NCBI RefSeq assembly: GCF_009914755.1
Contig: NC_060926.1
Reading direction: 5' to 3' (one strand)
Length of the DNA: 64,000 nt
Source of the DNA: the human T2T-CHM13v2.0 reference genome, Homo sapiens
Shown: positions 34,399 to 52,564 of the stretch, one piece after another
Layout of the letters: each line of letters begins with the position of its first letter
Position numbering within the stretch: the first letter of the stretch is position 1
Notes under the pieces: model-generated
Database searches by the model: none
Seen by the model: the letters and a program-made list of their open reading frames with translations, nothing else
What the model was told of the DNA's origin: nothing
Translations under genes and position numbers: made by a program

Positions 34399-36444
34399 GT
34401 ATTGTCAATGTTTTGGATTTTGACCATTCTAATAGATATGTGGTTATATCGTATTATTGTCTTAATTTGCAATTCCCTAATGACATATGATATTGAACAT
34501 CTTTTCATATGCTCACTTTGCCATTTGTATATTTTCTTTAGCGAGGTGCCTGCTCAGGTCTTTTGCACATTTTCTAAATAAGTTGTTCATTTTCTTATTG
34601 TTGAGTTTTAAATGTTCTTTGTATATTTTGGATAACAGTTTTTTTTATCAGATGTGTCTTTTGCAAGTATTTTCTCCCATTCTATGGTTTGTCTTCTCAT
34701 TCTCTTAATGCTTAGTAGTATTTAGTATTCCCAAACATGTTGAGCTATGCAGAGTCCTAATGAAAAAGGAAAAATGTATTTGATTTCCAGATTTAAGTGC
34801 CAGGTGAATTAATCTCTAGTGTTTTATTTTTATCAAAATTGATTATGGAGCTTTTGATAAAATCATGTTCCTTTTAGAAATGAAATGTAGTCTCAGAAAA
34901 TACATTTTGTTATCTTCTCCAGTTTGCTTTTTAATAGAACTTTAACTTCCCATAGCAAGTGAAATTTCATTACACACAAATTGTTTGCCTTTTTGAGGAA
35001 GAAGGGGTATGCAAACTAAATATGTTTTTAAAAAAATAAAAAGAGATCAGCCATAGAACTATTGTGTAAGGCAAACCTGCTAGGCTGACTTTACCAGAAA
35101 GTAATTAAGAATAGTATATAAATACTTCTATTTGGATATAGATATATTTCTCACATGAAAAACATTAGTCTCACTCTTCATATAACTTTATATAACTAAA
35201 ATTTATCAAAACTTATTTCTGATATTATTATGTACAAGCTAAGGAAGTCTTTAACAGATTCCTCTGTATCTCCATGTTTATCTGGGATGTCATAAATTCT
35301 GACTTTCAGCATGCATGAATAGTCAGGTTGATTTTTAACACAGCAGAGGAAACGATCCTGATGGTTGAATTAGGTTTACTATTTAAAGAGAATTTTTATG
35401 GCTCCAAAATACTTTATCTACATTAAACACTGAATAGCATGAATTAATGGGTAACCTCATCTAATCTTATGCAAGGATCTTTAGATAGCTATTGTGCTAC
35501 AAAGAAAAGAAAAAAAAAGAGTATTCAGTAGAGGCAATTGTTTAGATAGATTTCCTTTCTAATGTTATCTTAAGTTTATTTTTTCCAAAAAGTGTGTGCC
35601 GGCTGTCCCTAGAGGTCATATCCACCAATGTAGACATGAGGTCTCACGAAAGGTCTAGCTTGAGTTTTCATTGTTGACTGTGTGTGATTTACTCACCAGT
35701 ATTTGGGCTCTGAACAGCAGGCATCCTGGAACTGTCTAGTGATAATTTAGCCATTGTACAAAGGTAGTTTTAGGTAGGATATCAAGACACTTAAGATTCT
35801 TACATGATCTCAAGATATTCTGAGTTTCAATCAAAGAGCCCCCCCTTAAATTACTCAAATATATAGGCACCAACACACAGATGTGGGGTTTGGGTAATTG
35901 AAGCTATCAGGTTTACCTGGAAGCAGTCCTGAATGAATAACCTAGAAGTGAGACAACCTGAAGCTGAATAAATCAAGTGGGTTTTCTAACGGAAAGATCC
36001 GTATACTTCAATTATTCATGAAGCCTTGAATGTGGAAGCTTGACCTGTGAAATCTTGTAGGTCAAATGACTGCTTCTATGCAAGACTCCAATAAGCACCA
36101 AAAATTACTTCTTTTTCCTGCTCTATATGTCAGCTAAGGATGATTTTCCTGAACTTTTTTTTTTAACCTCCTCTCCTCAAATGCAGAAAGAAAGAATCAA
36201 GTAGTTAGAATCAACCACCTCTGAGACCAAGCCTTGGGAATCCTGAGGTGAAAATGGGACCTCTAAAAATAACCAACCTTGGTCTGTGTGGGGGAAAAAG
36301 ACTTTCTCAGGACCCTGCTGAGCCAAGGAGAGACAATATCTCCAGCATAGACAAGGGTTACATTACACAGGACTTTTGAGGTTTTTGCAACACCAGGGTC
36401 TAGATTTTAATCCAAAACTGAGAGCTAGTTAAAAACAGGGAAGT

Positions 36445-36760
36445 GGCTGGGCACAGTGGCTCATGCTAGTAATCCCAGAACTTTCAGAGGCCGAGGCAGG
36501 AGGATTGCTTGAGCTCAGGAGTTTGGGAGCAGCCTGGGCTACATGGCAAAATCCCTTCTCTACAAAAAATAGAAAAAATTAGCCGGGTGTGGCGGCAAAC
36601 ACCTGTAGTTCCAGCTCCTCAGGAGGCTGTGAGGTGGGAAGATCACTTGAGCCCAGGAGGTTGAGGCTGTAGTGAGTTGTCATTGCACCAAGGCACTCCA
36701 GCCTGGGCAACAGAGCCAGACCTTGTCTCAAAAAAGACCAAACCAAAAAAAAAAAAAAAA
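36445..36760 (+). mobile_element. AluJ
   Basis: 'ggaggattgcttgagctcagg', 'gaggctgtagtgag'; A tail. Confidence 0.95.
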
Positions 36761-36849
36761 GGAAGCATAAAGTATAGGAGAAAGCCTCAAGCATAAAGGA
36801 GGTGAAAGGAAATTAGTGCTCGTTGGGAATACGCTATTCTAATAATAAT

Positions 36850-36990
36850 ATCATAATAACTAACATTTACAGGGTACTTAAAATGTGTCAGGCATTGTTC
36901 TATGAGTTTCTATAGACATCATGTCACATAAGACACGTAAGTTCATTTAATCCTAACCACAAGCCTGTGAGGTAAGTACTGTTATTATCA
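36850..36990 (-). mobile_element. MIR fragment
   Basis: 'aactaacatttac...tgtgtcaggcattgttc...catttaatcct...ctgtgaggtaagtact'. Confidence 0.6.
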
Positions 36991-37856
36991 TTCAGAAGGC
37001 AGCTTCTCTTCTTACCCTGTGCCTTTATTGATGTTGAACTGTTCATCAGCACACCCTAAAAGAAGATGTAGCTGCAAATTCATAGTGCAGTCATGTATAT
37101 TTTTTAGAAAGAATTTCACAGGGACATAGAAGAATATATCACATATGACAGAAAGCCTCATCCTTTTCTATATTCAACATTTTGCTTCTCATCATACCAC
37201 TCCCTTTACACACAGAGCTTCTAGAAGTTATTCCCTTATCTAGGTCCTCAGCTTTGTGTCCATTCAGCAAGACACAATCAGCCAGCTGCCACACCTAATC
37301 CTCCTTAGAAAGCAGTTTAGGGACCACGTACTCTCTCTCACCCATATCCCCAGACCATCACCTCTACCTGCTTTCCTAAGTATTCACCTAACCAATAAGT
37401 CTTTTTTTTGTGTGGCAGGTGGGGGAGCGAAATCTGTTGTCAAGGAAATAAAGTGTCCTCCACATTGTTACATCATGTTTCATGTACTTTGTATGAACCA
37501 AGTTATTAATTTTTTTACAATGACACTATTAGGTACCTATTATATTATCACTTACCATTTTAAAGATGAGAGGCCTGAGTTTCAGGATTTAAATTTCCCC
37601 AGAATTATAACTAGGGTAACTAGGGTAACCAACCATCTCAGATTGCCTGAGACTGACCCCATTTTAAATATGGGAAGTTTCAGGTCCTGGGAAAAACCTC
37701 TATCCCAAGCCAGTAAAATAAACCATATCCCAGGCTAGTAAAATAGTAATGGTTGATTCTCAATCCAGGTTTTCTGACAGATTAGGTGGCCACTCAATGA
37801 ACACTTGCTGAATAAGGGGAGTGGGTATGGGGGAGGAGAGAGAAAGAAAGATTGCA

Positions 37857-37927
37857 GGAAAGAAAAAGGAAAGAAAGAAGGAAGGAAGGAAGGAAAGAAA
37901 GAAGGAAGGAAAGGAGGGAGGGAGGGA
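37857..37927. repeat. (GGAA/GAAA)n purine-rich microsatellite
   Basis: Direct reading. Confidence 0.9.
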
Positions 37928-40189
37928 AATGAAACATGAGGGAAATGGAAGCTGCATGGAGATTTAATATCTCATGAATCATATTACCTATAATTTACTT
38001 TATACACAGTATATATATTTGTGTATATATATTTGGTTAATATTTGAGGGTACCTCTGTAATCATGAATAACCCATGATAGTTGCATAGCATTTGAACCA
38101 CAAACACTTGAACTATCTTCACCTAGATCAGCACTATAGAATTTGCTTATTTGCATAAGGAATATTAGAAATAATATTTCATGGATGAAATGAATAATAT
38201 TTAAGTACAGTGGATTGAATATAGTAATCTAGCAAGCCCAGCAGCCTGACCCATGTGGTATTCTTAGCCTCCAATTCAGTCCTGAGTCCCACAACTTAAC
38301 GGATGATTCTGTCACCTTATTCCAACTAGAGATTTAGCTGAATCCTGCTATCGCAATAGCATTGAAACTGCCTCCAAAGAACCTTTCATGCAGAGAACTT
38401 GCTACCAGGTGGTGATATAATGAAAGGCAGGGACTAAAGAACAGAGAATGGGACCTCACTGACTTTACAGGAGCAAGCTGGATGGTTATTTTGTGGTTGC
38501 TTGCTGATAATTGCTCACATGAGTGGAAAATTTCAGCATGAGATATGTTTTCATTATAATATGTCACCTGGGAGCAAGACGGTAGGGAAGGAAACCTATA
38601 GCCTTTACCTACCTCAAACTATAGAACGCTTCTAATATCTACCAAAATAAACCATCTCCTTGTGACTGGCCAGGTTAGTGTAGGTCTCTTCCCACTCATC
38701 ACCTATTCAGATTCATTCATATCAAAATTTAAAAAAATAAATTTCTCCTCCAATGAATAATATAGAAAAGCTACATGCTTTAGCCAGAAAAAAACTTTAA
38801 ACAGTTGTCTATAACGTAAGGCTTCTACTTCCACAAAAGCTATAATATACAAGCTCTTGAAGAAAGAATAGAATGAGCTATTAGGGTAGCTATCCAGCAT
38901 CTAATTAAAATGAAAGAGCCTGAAAATGGCTTTCTTATTATTAGTGGTACTATTAAAGATGACAGATTGTCCTAGATGCATTGCTCCGACAGAGGACATC
39001 CTCTCGCTTCTGGGAAAAGGAGAGTTAATCAGAACAAAATATGGCTGTTAAAAATCCTTCCAAAGCCCACACTTGGAGATTTGTGTTTCATTCATTGATT
39101 CTTTTACCATCTCTCCTGCTTTTGCCAACCCACTAAAACCTTTGTCGGGCCAGAAATTCAACTTCTATAAAATGGTAGTTCTTTCTTCACTATAAAACAT
39201 TTAATCGAGTTAATATTTCAAGGTTTTCATTATGATCATAAGGAAGCATTAATGGTGAGAAGAAAAAAAACAGTCAGCGAAAATTCTATTGCTTTTCCTT
39301 TAGTGAATGTGGTCATTACATCCCTTCTTAAGAAGATCTCATTTCCTGAAGGACCTGAACAATGATGAGGTGAGAGGGACAATTAAAACAGATAAAGACA
39401 AAACCTTAACCAAATATAAGGAGAGTCAATCCAGAGTAGACTCACCAACATCTCTTCCTTGAGGATTTTCCCTACCACATTTAACATATTTTACTCAAAA
39501 GAAATAGATAAAACATATAACCACTCCATGGTGCATCATCTGCATTCTTTTGAAAGTTAAACTTCATTCAAATTTCCATTGTTCATTTAATTTTTTCCTA
39601 TTTATTTTTTTACATTAGTGTGACTCCTTCTGGTTGTAATTGAGTTTGCAAATGCTCTGAGACATGGCAAATCTATTCTTTTAACAGAACTAGCCACTTT
39701 GCAAAGATTCCTCAAGTGATGCTTAGGTCTCAATCACTCCTTTTCAAAGCAGGGAATTTTTAATACAGCAACAAAAATACTTCTGAGTTTTTATGCCTAA
39801 GACGATGGAAAAGACAGTGTTTTCTTTTTTTTTTTCCTGCCCTAAATTTTAAGACCTGTAGAGACTCAACCCTAAACAGCTCACTGATCTATTGTTTTGA
39901 CAGATTTGATCTCAGCTTAACCATAAATTCTGCATACAAATAATGACAGAAGTTGGTACAAAACCCAGCTTAAATGGCCAAATGGTCCACATTGGAAATG
40001 TGGGGAATTAACCTATTTGGTTTGTATAAGATTCTAAAGTTTCCAAGCTGAGAGTTTTAGACAGGAAAGGAGAATGATGGGGTTTAAAGGAAATAGAGTA
40101 TCCAAAGGAGAGAGAACAGAGGCTGAGAGGGTGGGGAGCAGAAGGAAGGGGAGGAAGAAAATAGTTGGCTATAGATTGACTGTTCAGAT

Positions 40190-40600
40190 CACACAGGGGG
40201 TATTGTGTTCAGTTCTGAACACTACACATCAAGAAGGGTCTGACCAGCGTCACATAAAAAGCAATGAAAGGGAGAGCGCATATTAAACATTGAGGGAACA
40301 GAGAGGAAAACAATCATGGACTCCAAAGCCACTATTGCGGGAAAAATAAAGACTCAAGGAAAAATGAAGACCATTGCAGGGAAAAGACAGGAAGGCATAT
40401 TTCAGCATAACCTGAGGAAGAGCTTTCTAACTTTTGGAGTTGTCTAAAAATAAGAAGATTCCATCAAGGAGTTATACTTCCCATTACCAAAGCTGTTCAA
40501 ACAGAGACTAGACAACCTCTTGCCTGAGATGCTGTTAAGGGAATTTGTATGCTAAGCTTGGGCACGGAGCTAGGTGTTTCTGGAATTTCTTCAGTCCTAC
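40190..40600 (+). mobile_element. L3/CR1 3' fragment (approximate)
   Basis: 'gaggaagagctttctaac', 'tgttcaaacagagactagacaacc' resemble the CR1/L3 3' end. Confidence 0.5.
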
Positions 40601-41329
40601 CTTTAAAATTTTAAAATGTTTAAAGTTGTCTGTTATGATATTCTGGACCTCAGAGATTAATAGCTCATATCTGAAAATTAAAGAATATCAAGAAAGAGCC
40701 AGCATAATAAAAACTCAATTTACAGTGGCTTCAATAAACTGAGTCTTATTTTTTTCTTTCCTAACAGGAAATCTAGAGATAGGCTGACATTGTCAATGGA
40801 ATGGCTGGGATCCTGGCAGCAACCAACTTCTGGATACAAAATGAATCCCTCAGGCCCTCAAGAGCAGGCTTTGTGTCCAGAAAAGACCATCTCTGAGGTG
40901 TGTTTTGGTTAACAAACCAATTAATATTCAATGCATTAAATTTACATATTGTTTCTTAAGCTTTCAGCTCAGTTTACTATTCTTATTTATAAATTTCACA
41001 AAATTTAAAGGTTGTAAATACTTTCAGTTCAATTTGCAAACTTAATTATATACCTTCAAACATGTTTAACTGCATTATAAATGCACTATATTTGATTTTC
41101 TTTTTTGAAGACTTCAGTTTTACAACACACCTTCTTAAGTACCTAAAAATTTGAAAAAGCCTGGTAAATTACATTTACAAATACAGTAAATCTTAAGTTA
41201 CCTTAATTGTCAGGATAATTGTTAGATAGATAGATAGATAGCTTCAAGATATATCTATATATATCTATACGTATATATATCTTCAAGACCCTGGTTTCCT
41301 TTGGATATATATCAAGAAGGGAGATTGGG

Positions 41330-41755
41330 CATCTTTTTTATGGAAATAGGAAAACAATGCTAATTCAAATGGAACTACAAAAGACCCAGAATAGCCAAAG
41401 TGATCTTGAGAAAGAACAAAGCTAGAATCATAAAATTTCCTGATTTTAAAATATGTTGAAAAGCTACAGTAATTAAAGCAGTATAGTACTGGCATAAAGA
41501 CAAACATATAGACCAATAGAACAGAATAAAATCCAGAAATAAGCCTACTCATATAGGTCAACTGATCTTTAACCAACAGTACACAATATGAAAAGGATGG
41601 TTTATTCAACAAACAGTGCTGAGAAAACTGGATACCCTCAGGCAAAAAAGAAAAAAAGAAAAACGAAATTGGACCCTTACCTTATACCATTCACAAAATC
41701 AACTTAAAGTAAGTTGAAGATTCACACATAAGAACTGAAACTGTAAATTTCCTGT
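41330..41755 (+). mobile_element. Old L1M ORF2 fragment
   Basis: 'aaagacccagaatagccaaag...agaaagaacaaagct...tactggcataaagac...ggacccttacct'. Confidence 0.8.
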
Positions 41756-41924
41756 AATAGATACCTTTAACGTTCTCTTTCCTGGTTCCCACTTGAAACC
41801 ATAAATCAACACCTTTGGGAGAGCAGCTTTTTTTTTTTTAATTTTTAAATTCCTCATTAGATTCTAATGTGCAGCCAAATTTAAGAAACACCTTTCCTTA
41901 ATTCCATATAATCCCACTCATTTG

Positions 41925-42355
41925 GTGTGGTTCAGCTGAGGCTGATCCCATCTTCACCCTTGACCTGGTTGAGTATCGGCACCTGATTTTTATCTGGAAA
42001 ATTAGAATAATCTCTCCCCTGAGCCACAATAATTAGTTCAAGGTTATGGAGTGACCCAAACCAGGTTAATTGCATTTCTTCTTGAGAATTTTGATAGAAC
42101 AAACTAGAAAGATATATTTTCATCTGCAGAGAAAATACATTGTAAGGATAATTTAGTCTTTTCTCTCCCAGTGGCAACTTGCTCCCATGTGGAGACAGGA
42201 TATCTGATAATTAAGTCAAATATAACTGATAGATAGAGGTAATCCTATTTAATAAACCCCTGGATCTTATCCTGAGACTTCCCAGTTAGGTAACCCTAGA
42301 GATTACTTCTTTTGATTGTGCTAGGTTGAGTTAGGTTTCTGTCTCCTGCAACTGA
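41925..42355. mobile_element. Old MLT1-type LTR (approximate)
   Basis: 'gagacttcccagtt', 'ctaggttgagttaggtttctgtctcctgcaac'. Confidence 0.5.
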
Positions 42356-42399
42356 GAGAGTTCTTCTATGGGGCATGTGATATCATTTCTTTCCTCCTC

Positions 42400-43305
42400 C
42401 TTCAGGGTGGGAACAGATTTTCTCTTATGATAATTCCCTCCTTATCCTGTATTTTACTCTCTCCCTCTCTACTGGCTTACTTCTTGTTATGCTTAAACAT
42501 ACATTTTTCCAAACACAGAGACAGAAAGCTCCCAAAAGACCTGGTGTTCTCTCCTACCTATCCTTTGTCTCTCTCATTTTCTTCACAGTCAATCCCCTCA
42601 AAATAGTGATTTACAAATAATGTATCCCTCTCTTCAACTTCATAAATTTCACCCTTCCCTTCAAAAGGTGAATACAGACCACGTACAAGGACAACGGACT
42701 TCCCCCAACCTGAGTTCTCTCTCCGTGATCTTCTGCTCATATTTGACGTTGTTCAGTCTTTAAATCCTCCCTTAGCTTCTATCATGCTATTCTATTCTGG
42801 TTATCCTCAGCCCCTCTGTTAGCTTTTTTTCAGCCTTTTCTTTCATTGACTTCTCTTTATATTATCACAACCTACAAATACTGGAGCCCTTCTTCATTGT
42901 TCTCTCAATCCTCCTTCCCTGGGAGTTCTCATTCATCTCCTCGGCTTTACTCGCTTCTCTTTATATGTTATTAATTCCAAATCTCTATTTCTAGCCTTTC
43001 ATGTGTCTTTCTTAGACTCTTGCCCTCCAACACCTCCCATCACTCAACTAACTCCTACTCATCCCTCAGGATTCACTTCAGGCATCACCTCTTCCAGGAA
43101 GCCTTTCCTAATTTCCCTGTTTGGTATTTCTCTGTGTTGCAGTATATTATAGTCACCTCGATCAAAGCAGTTATCACACTGTATAGAAACTATCTGTTTA
43201 TACAGCTCTTTCTCAAGACTGTAAAAGCTTTGAGGCAGTAACTATGCTACATTTATCTTTGTCACTGGCATATAAAAGTTATTCAATAAAGGTTTGCTAA
43301 AGTAA
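42400..43305 (+). mobile_element. L2 fragments (approximate)
   Basis: 'catcacctcttccaggaagcctttcc', 'gactgtaaaagctttgaggca', 'tcaataaaggtttgct'. Confidence 0.6.
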
Positions 43306-43564
43306 TAAAAGAATGGTGGCTGCTGATCATTGCAGACTCCCTGTACACTGGACTATTTGGTGAGGTAACACGGCGGTACACCATTCTAGAATTTCTTTCT
43401 CATAAATGTATAGGCTGGGAGGGCATTTGAGAGCCTCATTTTTAATAAATGTTTCTTCCTGCAATAATGCATACCTCGATTACATTTACTGTTCAACTCA
43501 AATTATAAATATTTTATATGTATTATTGATATATATGTCTTTATGTTTTTCTGTATAATAATAA

Positions 43565-43780
<216 letters not shown>

Positions 43781-44563
43781 ATTTTTTCTTAAGTTAATGT
43801 GCATTTTCCCAGATAGTTCTCATGAAACTCCTGTGAGGTGAGTCAGAATGGAAAGATAAGGAGAAAAGAAGAAGTGAGCAAGTGGGGAGTTGTATTTATT
43901 AGCTTGTTATATTATGTAGTGAAAGGTATACAGATGGGAACCTAGGATGTTGAGACCCCCAAGAACTATCAACAGTAGGGAGAGAATGCCTGCTGGAGCA
44001 AGAAGAGGAGGACATGGTGGAACAGGCAACAGGAGCATGAGTGAGAGTTGAAACCACTGCTCAACAGAAGCTGTGGTCATGAAAAGATGTAGCTGTTATC
44101 TGAACTGCAATAAGGCAAGAGGAATACCTTCTCCAGCCTTCCCACTTCCTTCCCTTCAGACACCCATGGGCCAGAACAGGGCAGGGAGAACAGAAAATGG
44201 GAAGCCAAATGGGTGATACCAAGTCAACCCTTTGACTCTGACTGGGTCTGTCGTGGAGTAGAGATTGGAAGAAGCAGTCCCATGAAGGAGTTGACTATGG
44301 CTTCTCTTTCTTTACCAATTTACTTCAATAAAGTAAAAACCTTCTTCAATAATTGACTCTTAACTAAGCCTTCCTTAACACAACATCCTGACATACCCAG
44401 TGACCTCTCAATTCAGTTCTGCTCTCCCAGTTGAGTTGGTGACTTCCCAAAAATCATATTTCCTTCCAAACCTGCTTATGCCAGTTGTACTTGCTATTGT
44501 TTTATGCTACCTATTCACCTAGTCATTAGGTCAACTACAAAGTATAAGTGCAAAAGAAAATAA

Positions 44564-45995
<1,432 letters not shown>

Positions 45996-47549
45996 AAGAA
46001 AAATGTTTTAAGAAACACAGCATTTTGAAAGTACTGTTTTTGGTCATGTAGATTTGATTTGATTTGTGTTTCTAAATTATGATCACATTATTATTATTAC
46101 GACTATTAGTATTAGTATTATTTTACCTATTTGGCTCTTACAAAAATCCAAAAAGAAAAAAAAGAAAATGAAAAAGAAAGTGTCGTGAAATTTCTAGAAG
46201 GCAGAAGTTTTACTGGCTCAGAATATAACTGTGCTTAGAACTACTGAATGGAATTCAAAAATTGAGTTTGCTCATCAGAACATAAAAATAAAATAGGAGC
46301 CATCTTTTTAATATAGGTGAGTCCTTATAACTCTTTTTTAATACTCTATAAAATTATCATCCTTTCAGTTCCAGGTCTAGGAGATTTTTCCCTTTTAAAA
46401 TTCTTCCGCAAAAAAAAAAGTCACAAATCTAATAAGACAGGAACTCTTAAAACCACAGATATGATTAAGGCTCAGTTCCCTAATAAATGTGCAATGAAAC
46501 ACTTGTCAGCCCTTGAAATAATGAGCTGTGATCTATGATAAATGTGCCAATAACACATTTTCCAGGGCAGCATATTTCAGATGGGTAGGAAATAGTTGAA
46601 TCACAGCAGGATCTTATTTTTACACAAATTACTTCTAAACTCCAAACACATCTAAAATTAATTTCTTTCATCACATTAACACTGGGCTGTTAATCACCGG
46701 AATGTGTGCTCATATTTGACAGACATAAAAACTGATTTACATTTGGAAGAGGAGGAGGACATGCATAAAAGAAGCATGTTCCTCATGTGAAATAAAGTTT
46801 TGCATATCCTGTTTCATAAAATATATTGCTTGTTGACTAGTCACAGATGATTATGAAGGCGAATGCAGTAATGGCTTATGAACTTCAAATTAAAAGATCT
46901 GGCCTTTCTTCAACAGCGTACATGAATTAAGAACAATATATAATGCAATATGCCTGTAACAGAAAGAGGGAAATTACAAAATGCTTAAGCCTCTCTGGTT
47001 AATTTCTGGGAATTAATTTATTCACTCATTCAGTTATGGATACACACAAAAGTATATTGAATTTCTATGATTCCCTACTCAAGTGCAGTTCTAATTCTAA
47101 GGTAGAAAATAATTCAAGGTACACAATACATTAATTACTATGAGAATAGAATGTATAGGATGCTATGGGGACCTAGGTGAAGGACAGACTGCCTCATCTG
47201 CAAGACAGGAACTAATGATAGTTCCTAATCCAGAGAATTAATGTGAAGATTAAACGAGTGAGGGTGTATGGAAAAGCTTAAAGCGACCTGGCCCATGGTG
47301 AACACTCAGTGCATGTTGGCCTTTATTACAAGGCCACATGTGTTCAAGCCACACGTGATTAAATATTTATGTCAGGCATGGTACTAGGCAGGGAGAATAC
47401 TCACCCATCTCATGGCACTTATAGTCTAGTGGGGAAGACTGTATAATATAACAAATATTCCAGGAGAGGATGCAAAATTCCTATGGAAAGGGAGAGCCAG
47501 GCCCCTAACAAGTCTGGGAATTAAAGAAAGTCCTACACAGAGTGTATTA

Positions 47550-50830
<3,281 letters not shown>

Positions 50831-52021
50831 AAGATGAGTCTTATAATCCTTAATTTTACTATACTTTATTTAGCTGTAAGTTTATACAATTTAATTTTTA
50901 ATAATGAGTTCTTAACAACTGGCATCCATATAAAAATAAATAAATAAAATACATAGGAATACCTCTAACCAAGGAGGTGAAAGATCTTTATAAGGAAAAC
51001 TACAAAACATTGCCGAAAAAAATTCTAGATGACACAAACAAATGGAAAAACACTCCATGTTCATAGATCAGAAGAATTAATATTGTTAAAATGACCATAC
51101 TACCCAAAGTAATCTACAGACTCAATCTTATACCTACCAAAGTACCAACATCATTCTTCACAGAATTACAGAAAACTATTCTAAAATTTATATGGAAGCA
51201 CAAAAGAGCCTGAAGATCCAAAGCAACCAAGCCAAGAGAATAGAGCCTGAGGCATCACATTACCCAACTTCAAACTATACTATAAGGCTACAGTAGCCAA
51301 AACATCATGGTACTGGTACAAGAACAGACACATAGATCAATGGTGTAGAATGGAGAACTCAAAAACAAAACCACACACCTACAACCATCTGATCTGCAAC
51401 AAAGTTGACAAAAATAAACAATGGGAAAAGGACTCCTTATTAGAATAGTTGTGCTGGAATAACTGGGCTAGCCATATGTGGAAGAGGGAACCTGGATCTC
51501 TACTTTTCATCATATATAAATTAAGTCAAGATGAATGAAAGATTTAAGTATAAGACCTCAAGCTATAAAAATCCTAGAAGAAAATCTAGGAAATACCCTT
51601 CTCAACACTGGCCTTGGCAAATAATTTATGGCTAAGTCCTCAAAAGCAATGGCAACAAAAACAAAAAATTGACAAACGGGGCCTAATTAAACTAAAGAGT
51701 TTCTGCACAACAAAAGATAATATCAGCAGAGTAAACAAGCAACCTACAGAATAGAAGAAAATATTCACAAACTATGCATCCAACAAAGACCTAATATTCA
51801 GAACCTATAGGGAACTTAAACAAATCAACAAGCAAAAGCAAATAACCCCATTAAAACATGGGCAAAGGATAGACACTTCTCAAAAGAAGACATGCAAGTG
51901 TCCAAGAAACTTACGAAAAAATGCTCATCATCACTAATCATCAGAGAAATGCAAATCAAAACCACAGTGAGACACCATCTCACACCAGACAGAACAGCTT
52001 ATCATTAAAAAGTCAAATGAT

Positions 52022-52317
52022 GGCCAGGTGCAGTGGCTTGCACCTATAATCCCACAACACTTTGGGAGGCCAAGGCGGGTGGATCACCTGAGGTCAGGAG
52101 TTCGAGACTAGCCCAGCCAACATGGGGAAACCCTGTCTGTACTAAAAATACAACAAATTAGTGGGTGTGGTGGCAGGTGCCTATAATCCCAGCTATTCAG
52201 GAGGCTGAGGCAGCAGAATCGCTTGAACCCGGGAGACGGAGGTTGCGGTGAGCCAAGATCGTGCCATTGAACTCCGGCCTGGGCAACAAGAGTGAGACTT
52301 TGTCTCAAAAAAAAAAA
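52022..52317 (+). mobile_element. AluSq/Sp-like inside the L1
   Basis: Full dimer; TSD aaaaagtcaaatgat / aaaaagtcaaaagat. Confidence 0.96.
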
Positions 52318-52440
52318 GTCAAAAGATAACAGATGCTGGCATGTCTACGAAGACAAGAGAATGCTTTTATACTGTTGGTGAAAGTGTAAATTAGTTCAGA
52401 CACTCTGGAAAGCAGTGTGGAGATTTCTCAAAGAACTTAA

Positions 52441-52564
52441 TATGCCTAGTGTTCCATTATTAGAACACTAAGCACGTGGGAGTTATTTATATCCTACTGC
52501 TCAAGGTCACCTCCAAGGTCTCATTACAAAAATTCAAAAAATTGCAACCTCAGGCCTAAATGGG
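52441..52564 (+). mobile_element. MER85 piggyBac (PGBD3-derived) MITE
   Basis: TTAA on both sides (52437-52440, 52565-52568); 'tatgcctagtgttccattattagaac...gggagttatttatatcctactgctcaaggtca...gcaacctcaggcctaaatggg'. Confidence 0.9.
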